DNA from: Botryllus schlosseri
Lineage: Eukaryota
DNA length: 64,000 bases
Reading direction: 5' to 3'
Assembly (NCBI GenBank): GCA_051294905.1
Contig: CM119383.1
Span: 4,216,001-4,280,000, forward strand
Position 1 is the stretch's first letter; each line of letters begins with the position of its first letter. The notes under the pieces were generated by a model. It was not told the origin of the DNA, did no database searches, and was given only the letters and a program-made list of their open reading frames with translations. Shown piece by piece: positions 51,690-62,530 of the stretch. A program made the translations under genes and the position numbers.

Positions 51690-52173
51690 CGTACGGCTGG
51701 CTTTGTGTGATTTATTTTTTATTGTTTTATTTTTCAAAATAATGAATCGTTCGCCGGTGTGTGTTGTTGGGTTGTCGATTTCAACGCGGTTTCTTGATCC
51801 CTGTCTCGTTAATGAAGTTACTTTGCTAATTCTAATTGCGGATGTTTTGTTCTGTTGGTCGTGTCGTAATTAGGGCTTTGGGCAACGATTTGAGTAACCG
51901 AATGCCAGTCGGGTACACCTTTCCCCCCCCCCCCTTTTTATTGGCGAAAATTCTAGTTTCAATACTTACATTTCATATCCACAGTTGGATTATCCATTAT
52001 TACAGTTGTTATTACTGTAAAGGTGGTGCAAGGGGTCATGGTTGGTACTCTGTATCGGGAGTAGAAGTGGTGACATGAGTCTCTGCTCAAATGCAAGTAA
52101 AAGTGGCCGTTTCCATGCGTTAAAAAAAGTCAGTATCGTAAGCCTAGTTTTGCCTGTTAAACTGAAGTGCAAG

Positions 52174-52583
52174 CAGGGTTGTAACCGAGTCAATCTGACT
52201 TTTGTAGTTTTGACTCAAATCAATTCACCACCGAGTCAAGTCCGAGTCCAATTTATTTTGTTCAGTTTTCAGTTCATACCGGTTCCGTGCACTTTTTCAA
52301 CTCTGATCGAGTGATATAGAATGGCTCATTCATAACGCAGCTATTTCCCAAGTATTAACAGTCTGGCCTTATTTTCCGAGTATCAAGACTGATAGACGAA
52401 ATACGAATAATGTGGTGACTTTACTTTTTTCGAAGTTACTATGAAATGTCCGTCTTGGCCGGCCCAGTATCGAGTCGCGCACAATGACTCGAGTACACAA
52501 GTCGAGTCACATTACGTATTTGAAAAATGACTCGAGTCAAGTCGAGTCACCAAAAAGTCGTGACTCGAGTCGTTACAACCCTG
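52174..52583 (+). mobile_element. CAGGGTTGTAA MITE
   Basis: TIR cagggttgtaac / gttacaaccctg; TSD agtgcaag / agcacaag (6/8). Confidence 0.85.
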
Positions 52584-52689
52584 AGCACAAGTGGTCTAAA
52601 ATTATACCCACTAATGGAAGTAGTGCAAGCATGCCGTACTTGCGTGCTGGAAAAGGGGGAACCACTTCATTACTGACCGACACGACTGT

Positions 52690-53060
52690 TACTCGACTTG
52701 GGTTCGAATAGCCCACAACTCTCGTCTGCCCAGCCCCGTTAATGTGTTGAGATGTTTTCTGTACCCGCATAAAATTTCACCTCGGCAAACCCCCTGTGCT
52801 TTCGAATCCAGATCTGCATGTTCCCTGCTCCGACGATGCCAACTGTACGATTTCTCTTTGTTTGACTCCGCGCCACTTTTACGGAACTCTTTGCACCATT
52901 TCTCAACCTTCGCCTGCCTGCCCCCGCATAAGTTCACTTTGATCTTTGATTTTATTGGGGATATCGTCCACCGTGCGACAGATTGTCTTGTACGAGGTGT
53001 ATTGCACTAGTGTTGAACTCTGGGCGCAACCCCGCCTGATAATGCGCTCCGCTTTGGTGC
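52690..53060 (-). pseudogene. Degraded LINE reverse-transcriptase fragment
   Basis: Minus-strand IRRGCAQSSTL (GxPQGS-like), TVDD (YADD-like), then in a shifted frame AKVEKWCKEFR...NKEKS. Spacing implies a deletion. Confidence 0.4.
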
Positions 53061-53065
53061 AGGCT

Positions 53066-53557
53066 TGGACAACTAGATGATTCCTATCTAATTGCCGGTG
53101 ATATCGAGTGTGAAATGTTTCTACATTCTATCATTTCAATTCTGGTCTGATTTCTATTTTCCGTGAGGGTGATGATGAACTGCATAGTGCGAAACGAGCC
53201 ACGCTTGCTGTACAGACGTATGTCACGCTCACTAATTCTAATCTAATATGAGTAACTTGTCTATGCTCTACTTTTAATTCTAATCCAACTTTTGATTTTC
53301 CTGAAGATGCAGCAGGGGAATTGTATAGTGCGAACGATCCAGGCTTGGTGTACACACGTTCGCCCTTCTTATGATCTCCGATTTGATATGAATTGAACTT
53401 AATTTTTACTGTATACCTTTTTGATTCGTAATTCGATGCAACTTCCGAGTTTTTTGCGAATTGAGCAATTCTAAATCTAATTTTGAGGAGAACCGTGTAA
53501 AGTGTAGCTATAATTCTAATTGAATTTGGGAAAAGCGGAACACTTACTAGTTGTCCA
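53066..53557 (+). mobile_element. tggacaactag-family element, most complete copy
   Basis: 11-bp terminal inverted repeat tggacaactag / ctagttgtcca; no clear TSD, so the superfamily is unassigned. Confidence 0.7.
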
Positions 53558-54671
53558 TTTCTGCTTCTGTGACGATTTTGTCCTGCACGACTGCCTTGCG
53601 AGCCTATTGCATTTTACGAGTTGTTATTTTTGCTACGATTTGTCCATATACTTGCGTTCTGTAGACGTGCGCTTTGTTGTCGAGTCTTGACGTTACCGCG
53701 ACGCTCAACTCTTCAGAATCGGCGCTTCTTCGCGCGCGGACTGCTCTTACGAAAGACCGACCTTTAGTATTCCTCTCTCTTACTTTTCCTTGTGTAGATT
53801 AGCGGCTGCTAGTAGCGTGGTGTGATTTGTGCCACGAAGCTGTCGTGTCTTGGCTGCGATGGTTCGGATTGTGTTTTATTCACCGGTTTTGTATGTCGCT
53901 TCAAATACATTTTCTTGGCTATTTTAAAGAGTAACGTTGTTTTCTCCGTTCGGTTAACAATACATTCAAAATACCGTTTGTACTCATTGCGTTGCTAGGT
54001 TTGATTCTGGGGTTATTCGCCTTGTGTTACAGATTTCGAATATTGACTGAGGTAGTGGTAAATTCTGGAGTAGGGCTGACTTCAGGAATATGAAATATGA
54101 CTGAAAATGTGAGCGAATTAGTTACTGGGTCTGTGAACAATGGACATGTGAGCATATGGATTGGATTTCGTGTTAGGTTTGGGTTTAGGATTCGTGCAAG
54201 GGTTTGTTTTGGGGTTATGAAGTCACATGCTCAAGTGTCGCATGATCAGCTAGTTTTTCATTGTGTCGAATGTCAGGTAAACAGATGAGTAGAGATGGCC
54301 AGTAACGAAGTATTTCAAGCGGATATCGATTACTTCCTCGAGTGATTGTTATTTTAGGCTACGTAGCGGTTTTTTAACAATTTTAGTAAAATTAAGCCTA
54401 GAATACTTGAAATTTTCTACTTTTAATTGAGTAGAAACTTACGGCATTACTTCTACTTGGGTACCGACGGTGACTACTTTGATAACCTCTGCATAATAGA
54501 CATGAAGTTGCGGTTCGGGTTTTGTATGTTCGAGACGATAGGTTACCAGCATTACTTTACACTGGCTCTAGTAAACACTGCGATCCCAGCTTGTGGTTCA
54601 ACATCATCATCATCATTGGTTTCACCAGCGGTTTGTACTATTTATATCCAATCTAAACACATAATACAGGG

Positions 54672-54985
54672 CAGCGGTTCTCAACCTTTTTTTAGACACG
54701 CAGCCCTTTATGATAGTGAAAAATTTCGCGCCTCCCTTATCGTCATATCGCAAATCCAACCGGGATGCTAGCAACCTCAACAGATTGTTTGATGTCATGG
54801 AAGGTTATGGCTGTTGATGAGAGAATTAAAAAATATAAAATTCGGTCTATATACAGAGAAACACACGTGAATTGGAGGTAAATTGCGCAGAGCGAATTTT
54901 TTTTCAGTTGACCGCTTTTTCGCGCCCCCTTCAGATGTTTCACGCCTCCCCAAGGAGGGCGGCGCCCCCAGATTGAGAACCACTG
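54672..54985 (+). mobile_element. hAT Buster-type MITE (family of 10078-10377)
   Basis: TIR cagcggttctcaa / ttgagaaccactg; TSD atacaggg / atataggg. Confidence 0.85.
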
Positions 54986-55540
54986 ATATAGGGGAGGGGA
55001 GACAATGATACATCATGAATATTTCTAAAATGCGACAGGAAGAAAATACATCGCTCCGATGATTTAGTAGTGTCATATAAGCCGTAATCCTGACGTGGTT
55101 TGATTTCGCCAACGTCGCCGCCTTTGTGAGAAAACGACGAGTTGCTAAATTTTGCTCACCTGCGTAATTACTTCGCTACCTTTGGATTGCTGGGTGGACA
55201 ATTTGGCTGAGGCACAATGGTCCATTGATATCCAAAGGCAAATTTCACAAAATATATATAAAAATCAACACAAGAGTGCACAGACGCAAAATGGTCACCA
55301 TTACTCCCTTAAAATCATCTCTTGGAGTGTCACTCAATAAATGGAGGGCATCAGGTTTATTTTACCACCCTTTATATAAGCAATGTGAATCAACAAGCCG
55401 GCAGCGATCTTCATGCAAGTTTCATTACGATTCCAAACTTAGGGGTGTAAACTAGGGATGGTGTGAACCTCTGGAAGGTTCAGGTTCGTGTGAACGCGAA
55501 CCTTTTTGAAAGGTTCTGTGTGAACGCGAACGTGAACCTC

Positions 55541-55560
55541 ATGACGTCACGTGACGTCAT
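55541..55560. promoter_or_regulatory. Perfect 20-bp palindrome containing two CRE sites (TGACGTCA) around an E-box (CACGTG), carried by the hAT element
   Basis: atgacgtcacgtgacgtcat equals its own reverse complement. Function is not shown. Confidence 0.4.
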
Positions 55561-56324
55561 ATTGCTAATTCCAACCCTACATTTTAGTGAAGTGATAGCG
55601 TATATTAATGTACACGATACCTAGCGACGACTCAGGCCATATAATGCCACTATGCTGAAGTACATATTGACGTTTCAAACGTCGCCAAATGTATCAACTG
55701 GGGCAATCAAATGATATAATAATCCCATAAAATCAATATATTCCGTCGCTTTGCCAACAATTTCAACGAGGACTTGCAAGGGAATATAAGTTTACACCTT
55801 AACGGGTCTAGGCCAGACCGGACAATGTATCTATATTCGGCATCTGAGTTTTGCCACTTTGATATTGAGCAGAGTGTAAACGGGTTTCTATAGGCCTACT
55901 TGCTACCGATATTACCCCATTAACAAGTTATACAGCAGTAGCCAACACCCCAATCTCACGGATTTGGTTTTTTATGGTACAATAAACATATGAAATCAAG
56001 ATTGTCCCCGTGCGCCTGCTTGATTTTATACATCATACAAACGACAGCGATATCCATTTCATCGGTTGGCTGAATAAGCATCATTCGCTGAATAGGCCTA
56101 CCTATATATGTAGCGCATTTCGCCCTCGATGTTGTGTGATTGCGGGTCAAGATCACAGCAGAGAGTCACTAAATATTCGAGCAAACTTTTGTCACAAAGC
56201 AAGTAATATTTTTGAGACTGTCAAGGCACATGCTCGTTTAGTGTTGATTTTTTATGCTGGCAGCGCCGTGCATATAGTGGCCCACAGTTGAAATGCGATA
56301 AATTTCAACCTAAGATGTTATAAC

Positions 56325-56440
56325 CAGGGCTTTGGAGCAGCCGTTAATTTGCATTGCTCCAGCTCCGGCTCCGGAGCTTTCTTCTATCATACATTAGCTC
56401 CGGCTCCAGTTCCGGCTCCAGCTCCGGCTCCAAAGCCCTG
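56325..56440 (+). mobile_element. 116-bp hAT MITE nested in copy 2
   Basis: TIR cagggctttggagc / gctccaaagccctg; perfect TSD gttataac; gctccg/a repeats; empty site (gttataat) in copy 1 near 1893. Confidence 0.92.
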
Positions 56441-57473
56441 GTTATAACGAAGTGAAAATTGTAATATATGGAAAAGGTTCACAGTGCAGAACCTACGAAG
56501 GTTCGTTTGTGAACGTGAACCTCTAAATTTGCGAGGTTCACACACAGAAACCGAACGTGAACCTCGCGTTCACACCATCCCTAGTGTAAACCAAACCTGG
56601 TCTAGGACACCTGCTGATCCATCATTTTCTTCAACGGTTCTCAGTTCTCCTCAACTGATGCAGTGTTAATTTTTTAAATACTGTCTCGTTTCCGCCGACC
56701 GCTTGTCCCATTGTACACCGCCTATGGGGCACAATGGGATAAAAAGGTATGTTTTTCAATTGGCTGTGCTTTCGTTATTTCTTCGTATTTTCAAATCATT
56801 TTCCTTTGGAAATGTGTGTTTCATGTTCATCCATCGTTTTGCCAAGGTTCATTGGTATTTCTGGATGTATAATATTTTTATGACTAAATTGTGATCATTG
56901 GCCCTTGTGCCCCAACATCCCTACAATACGAGACGCAATGCGATGTAATGAACAGATCGGAGAATCTCGAAACGATCAAGTACGACCTTGCTTCGACAAA
57001 CTTATACCTGCTTACATGATATAGCCTGCACATTAGTATCGACAATATTAACGGTAATAAGTTTTTATCTCGCAATCAGAGATATATCGGTGTCTTTGTT
57101 CGAAATTTCATACCACCGCATCCGGCGCGCCGTGGAATTTCTTGAAAGGGCCAAATTAAAAACCATTTGAGTCTGTTCATATCTATCGCATCTCATGCGG
57201 TGCAATATGGATTTTAGAGAACAAACAGAACAATATTTGTGTCAGTAATGAAGCTGAAAACCGGCGACATCCACCTCTCAATTAACCATCAAGGACCCTC
57301 GTGAATTGTTAGCGGGATGATGGAGTATGCGACTATCGAACGGAGCACAATACATCGCGCTTTTATGAGTTGAGCGGGGAGCTCTCAACAAGTTGTCGAA
57401 CTGTCAAAATTTCATACCACGGATTCATACAATCTTGTCTGTAATTTCCCGGTTCGTTATAGAGCTAGTAGAG

Positions 57474-59072
57474 ATGTTGCAAAGAGTAGTCCTGGTTTGT
57501 TTGTTGTTGGCTGCATCGCACGCTGAAGACGAACCGAACGACGATACCGGGTAATATATATTTGCACGTGAGGATAAGAATGAACGCACTAATAAGTGGC
57601 TTAAATACGCAGATCATGGGAGATATCATTGGAAGAATTCGAGGCGGTTGCAACGTCAGGAAGTAAACTAGTCATCGACGTGAGGGAGCCGGATGCGGTC
57701 AAACGCGATGAAGTCGATGTTAACAATTACTTAAACATTCCGCTTAATGACGTAGGCAAGTGGAACTCTGCGTTTGAGGTTTCATGCTAATTCTTAGAGG
57801 ATTGCTTGGCGATATGCCTACATGCCGGCACATGAATTTGAATAATTGTTCGTTGTACAAAATTCAAATCAAATTATGGATTGATTTTCCTGTTATATCT
57901 GCCTGGAACGATTGGCGTAACTACAAATCTTTCAGGGAAGATTATAAAAGGGTTTCGTGGAAACGAACTAACTGGGGACATATTAATGCGAAGGGTTACC
58001 CGTTACTCCCACTGCTTACTCGTGATTGTTTGAATTTCTTCACTTGACATTCAGAGTACTGGGTATGGTTTCCGCTCCGTACCAAGAAAATATAACTCTT
58101 TCCGGGACTCACTCCAGCGGGTCCAAGTTCAGTTGCGTTGTCGCACTGGGCGCCGAAGCCTCAATCTCCGCTTCGAGGCTAGGGAATGTTAACTAGATTA
58201 TCTTTTAAACTCCTTGGGGCTTAAACTAGCAACGTCATCTGATCGACAGCTGCGTTTGCAGGTTCCTTAGGGTAGACTGGCCCATGTTGAACAGTGGTTG
58301 ACATAGAACCCTTCTCCACCCGCAACCATCAAAGCTCCCATTGGAATATTTGCTGCTGCCACGAAGGACGACTCATCTGGTCCTTACGGGAGACCTTGTG
58401 CCCGCGGGCAACGCGTTGGTGACCTACGTTTTAATCTAGAGCATTTTCAGTTACCGTGATGCGGGGGCCATTTCGCACTGTTTCTATGTATCAATTTTGT
58501 TGGATCCAAGATCTAACTGTAACCACTAACAAAACTCCCTCGATTAAAATGGAATTAAGTTACTGGCCTTATCGGATTGTGAAGGAGGTAAAGGCAATTT
58601 CAAAATAACGATTTTGAAAAACTTGGCAACAACAAGCGGTTGTCAAATGAAAGTTACGGCGTATGTTTCGGCCGGTTATATGCTTCCTAGAACGATCATG
58701 TCTCGATTTTGCTGGTTGAACATTTCATTTTTCCATAGAATCTGCCTTGGATTTATCGGAAGAGGACTTCAAATGGATGTACGACGTTGACAAACCGGGA
58801 TTGGATCAGGATTTCGTGTTCATATGCAATACCGGCCGTAAAAGTGAAGAGGCGGTGAAACTATCCAGATCGATGAACTTCACCAAGTAAGCGTTATGCT
58901 TAAGCCGGCCGCACAACCAGATGTGCAATGTATCTTCCGTTACAGCGCGAGATATGTCGTGGGTGGAACGGTCCGTTGGATTAAGGAAAGGCCGAACTTG
59001 ATAGTTGACATTGAAGACGAACATCCCGAGAACGAGACGGATACCACCGTTCATTATAAAGATGAATTGTGA
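57474..59072 (+). CDS. Single-domain rhodanese/thiosulfate sulfurtransferase (TSTD1/TSTD3-like) with signal peptide and C-terminal KDEL, 164 aa, 4 exons
   Basis: Exons 57474-57550, 57613-57755, 58739-58886, 58946-59072 (495 nt); intron 2 is GC-AG. Protein: MLQRVVLVCLLLAASHA|EDEPNDDTGSWEISLEEFEAVATSGSKLVIDVREPDAVKRDEVDVNNYLNIPLNDVESALDLSEEDFKWMYDVDKPGLDQDFVFICNTGRKSEEAVKLSRSMNFTNARYVVGGTVRWIKERPNLIVDIEDEHPENETDTTVHYKDEL. Rhodanese motifs: IDVREP, NIP, VFxCxxGxxS, GGxxxW. Confidence 0.88.
58081..58363 (-). pseudogene. 28S (LSU) rRNA fragment in rhodanese intron 2, not a functional rDNA unit
   Basis: The reverse complement reads gcagcaaatattc...gtggagaagggttctatgtcaac...aacatggg...cagtgcgacaacgcaactgaac...gaaagagttatattttctt, colinear with conserved LSU core segments. 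Weak similarity may extend to about 58480. Confidence 0.75.
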
Positions 59073-59202
59073 TCTCAACAAATGTAGAAACTTTTAGGAA
59101 ATACGCCTTGGCCTCGGAATACGACGAGAATGTTCAGATTTTGTAGCAAATCACTTGTTGGGGATTGATTTAGTTGCCATGAGATACAGGCTAGTACAAA
59201 CT

Positions 59203-59573
59203 TGGACAACTATATGATTTTTTGGAGTCTAATTAGAATAATTAGAGCAACACCCGGGTAATCCAATTCTAATCTAATGTTTGAAATAATTACTGAAATG
59301 TGTCTATGCTATAATTATAGGCTAATGTAATTCCTGGTTTTCCTGAAAATACAACGGGAGCACTGTTTAGTCCAAAACGAGCCAAGCTCGGTGTGCATAC
59401 ATTTACAACTCTCGTGCTTATGAGAAAACTTTGATATTTGATATGAACTGAACCGGTTTCTTTTGCTGTATTTCTTCCTAATTAGGAACTTACTTCAATT
59501 CCCAACTTTTGGCGTACTAGCTAATTATAATTCTAATCTAATTTGGAAAATATGAAAAGTTTCTGGTTGTCCA
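59203..59573 (+). repeat. tggacaactag-family element
   Basis: Ends tggacaactat / ctggttgtcca; colinear with 53066-53557. Confidence 0.7.
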
Positions 59574-61191
59574 GCTCTGCTACTGTAGCTAACCCGAAAC
59601 ACCTCCTAGGCTAGGGTACGAATCTATCACTTTTGTCCATCGAGATCAGTGTGCGTGTGGTTGAAGACTGACACTATCGATCATTATCGATTTAGCACGC
59701 GATAAAAGTATTCCAAGTTACCTGAGCATTGAGCATACCAGTACTACAAAACCAGCTTAATGTCAATTTCTTTATCGTTGGTCCCTTCGTTTCATCAAGT
59801 GGTATTCCATCTCATCAGATTTGAATAATGTGTGGGACTGTGGGTTTTTACAGTGTGTACAAAATTGCACATTGTATAATGCACATGTGTGCCACGAAAC
59901 TATATAGTAAAACATCTTGCAGCTCCAGAAAGTGCGGACTATCATCCTTTCTCTCTTTATTGAATTAATATATAATACTGAGTGGAGATATCACAGGCGA
60001 CGGTGAATAGCCTATAGAATCGATATAGCATATTTAGAACTAAAGACACCGCTAGTCACACACTCTATTTAATCACGGATTAGGAATTCCCTCCATTGTC
60101 TCGGGGTATGTGCAACTGCATTCCTTCTGCACCGTGTAGAAATGCCATGCAATCATGCTTGGCGGTGCGCTATGTATTTGCAATATGATTAGGAATTCTT
60201 TCGGCTTACCGGACTGCCGCTGCCATGACGCTGCATTAGATCGATGGTCAATAAATCAAGGTATGTATGTAGCTTGTTGATGAAACTCGAAAACGTTACT
60301 ACAGGATTCGCAGAAAGCACAGTATATCGTTAAATCATCGGTGAAGAATTACGGAAGAATGCAAGGAAAGAGAAAATTGTAGAGCATTTGTGAAATTAAA
60401 ACTTGATAAATCGACTTATTTCATAACAATAAATAATATACACGGTTTTTATGATCGGATGCAAATTATGACAAATGCGATCGGCGTCATCGACCACGGT
60501 GTCACTGTGAATACCCGAGCCTTTGAAGAAAACGTAACGATTTTCCAAAGCATTTTATGAAATATTGCGGACCTTAAGACTGCAAAAGTGCACGGGGAAA
60601 AGCTATAGGCTAATGTTGAACTCTTCAGACCGATATTGAGTAGGTCTGGATAAATTCTGGTTTATTCGATTAAAAGTTGAATAATAAGATTCGAGTCGAG
60701 CCGAAAACATTCGGGTTTATTTCAGTATGAATATATTATTCACTCTTTAAATATTAATTAATAATATGACGTCATAACAGTAATCATGACTTAAACGTTC
60801 AAATATATTGAATTTTGGGGCAACAAAGGGAAAATCATGCCAGTTACACGTCGTGTACGATAATTTTGCATTTCGGGACCATCATGAATATTTCGTAGCA
60901 ATTTACGACCGTTATGGGGCTCGATCACTATATACCTGACAGAAATATGGTTCCACGAATATTCTTAGCTTTGTACAGCACGTTCTTCGACGCTGACATA
61001 AGGCCAGTTAAGGTTTCGAGACTCCAACGGTGTGAATGTGAATGTGTGTGTGCGTTGAAATGGTATTTTTCGTTCTTAAAGTATGGCTCTTGATGTAAAG
61101 GCTTATATTTTCGTTACTGTAAAGAAATTGACTCAATCTCGACTCGAATCACTAGAATTGAAGATTAAATAGTATATTCATATTGAAATGA

Positions 61192-61225
61192 ACCCGAATA
61201 TTTTCGGCTGACACTCTTCAGGGGT
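61192..61225 (-). ncRNA. Minimal type I hammerhead ribozyme (left arm)
   Basis: ACCC-CUGAAGA-GUGUCAGCC-GAAA-AUAU-UC-GGGU on the minus strand. Confidence 0.7.
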
Positions 61226-61625
61226 AATCGTCAGCAACTAGTAGAGAATTGGAAAGAACATTGTATATCAACAATCGTATCACAAAATATGACGTCACCA
61301 GCATGAAAGAGAGAGCGTTCAATGTACTATTTTTAGGTGGTACACGAACTCCTTTTGTTGACAGAGTTTTGGTTGGTGTATTTTGATAAAAGTTGATTCC
61401 AAGGCACACAAATGGAATTGTGTGCCATTTGTGTGCCATTTGTGTGCCTTGGAATCAACTTTTATCAAAATACACCAACCAAAACTCTGTCAACAAAAGG
61501 AGTTCGTGTACCACCTAAAAATAGTACATTGAACGCTCTCTCTTTCATGCTGGTGACGTCATATTTTGTGATACGATTGTTGATATACAATGTTCTTTCC
61601 AATTCTCTACTAGTTGCTGACGATT

Positions 61626-61659
61626 ACCCCTGACGAGTGTCAGCCGAAAATATTCGGGT
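61626..61659 (+). ncRNA. Minimal type I hammerhead ribozyme (right arm)
   Basis: ACCC-CUGACGA-GUGUCAGCC-GAAA-AUAU-UC-GGGU; predicted cleavage after 61655. Confidence 0.7.
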
Positions 61660-61858
61660 TCATTTCAATATGAATATACTATTTAATTGTATATTGAAGT
61701 TCTGTACCTCCGAGAAGCTCTAGAATTGAAGAGCTCGAAGTGATGTGCCAATTCCTATAATATTGGCCGGTGTTACGTCATAGAGAAAACGCGGGCCCGG
61801 AATTAATTACGCATGTAATACTGGATGTAAATTGAAACCGTTTGTATTTCAGTTAGAC

Positions 61859-62530
61859 CAGGGGTGGCCAACCTTTTTGGCCAAAGGGCCAAATGCAATT
61901 GACCAACCAGCGCGCGGGCCACTAGCCGCACCAAACGCAAAAATTGTTCAAAGTTTATAGGTCAATAATATTGCTACTTGAGTATATTGCGGGTCTGCTG
62001 TATATCGCTGGGCTAAGTTCACAAGGATTTGACTATTCGGCGCCTGGAGATATCGATATCGAAAGCTTCGGCAAACATGCGTCAATCATTTTGTGCCTAT
62101 ACGTTTCATCTTCGACGGTCCTTCTGCATGTTGGACGACACTTTCTCTCGTAATTAAGAATATAGTTACACTCGATCTGGTACATTATGCGTTCTTTCAT
62201 TTTCAGTGGGGGGTCTAACAATATTTTAAAAGCAAGAAATCGAGTGACATCGTATTGCGGGAAGCGGGGAGAAAATTATTACTTTAGATAAATCTACCGC
62301 AGAACATTCTGCTTTATTGTAATGTTTGAAGATCTACCAAAATGCGACTGGCCCATGGATCTGCCGACGCGTCGGAACTGATATTTTAGTCGTTCAATTC
62401 GAAGTGTTGCGGCCAGACTAATCCAATTTTTGGTTGGCTTTGCAAGTTCACAATCTGGGCAATTGATTTTTGATAATATTAATAATTTCATAAATTACCT
62501 CGCGGGCCTCTCAAAACCTACTCGCGGGTC
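61859..62530 (+). mobile_element. hAT Buster-type MITE (family of 37160-37874), right end truncated
   Basis: Left TIR caggggtggccaacc after agttagac; colinear with 37160-37860; right TIR missing. Confidence 0.8.

Larger units (their letters stand above)
55453..56583 (+). mobile_element. TAGGGATG-family hAT element, copy 2
   Basis: TIR tagggatggtgtgaac / gttcacaccatcccta; perfect TSD gtgtaaac. Confidence 0.93.
61165..61719. mobile_element. Penelope-like retroelement 3' fragment inserted as a head-to-head palindrome
   Basis: Arms 61164-61415 and 61436-61687 are 251/252 identical in inversion. Each arm encodes a GIY-YIG-endonuclease-like C-terminus (HLCALESTFIKIHQPKLCQQKEFVYHLKIVH*, 61437-61532) followed by a hammerhead. 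Flanking direct repeat ctagaattgaaga at 61152-61164 and 61720-61732. Confidence 0.85.

Noticed and set aside
60200-60260. Minus-strand ATG GCA GCG GCA GTC CG|gtaagc as a first exon
   Set aside because: No supporting downstream exons fit before the convergent rhodanese gene.
61218-61633. Two identical 73-aa ORFs on opposite strands
   Set aside because: This is an artefact of the palindrome; the meaningful frame is the GIY-YIG-like C-terminus at 61437-61532.
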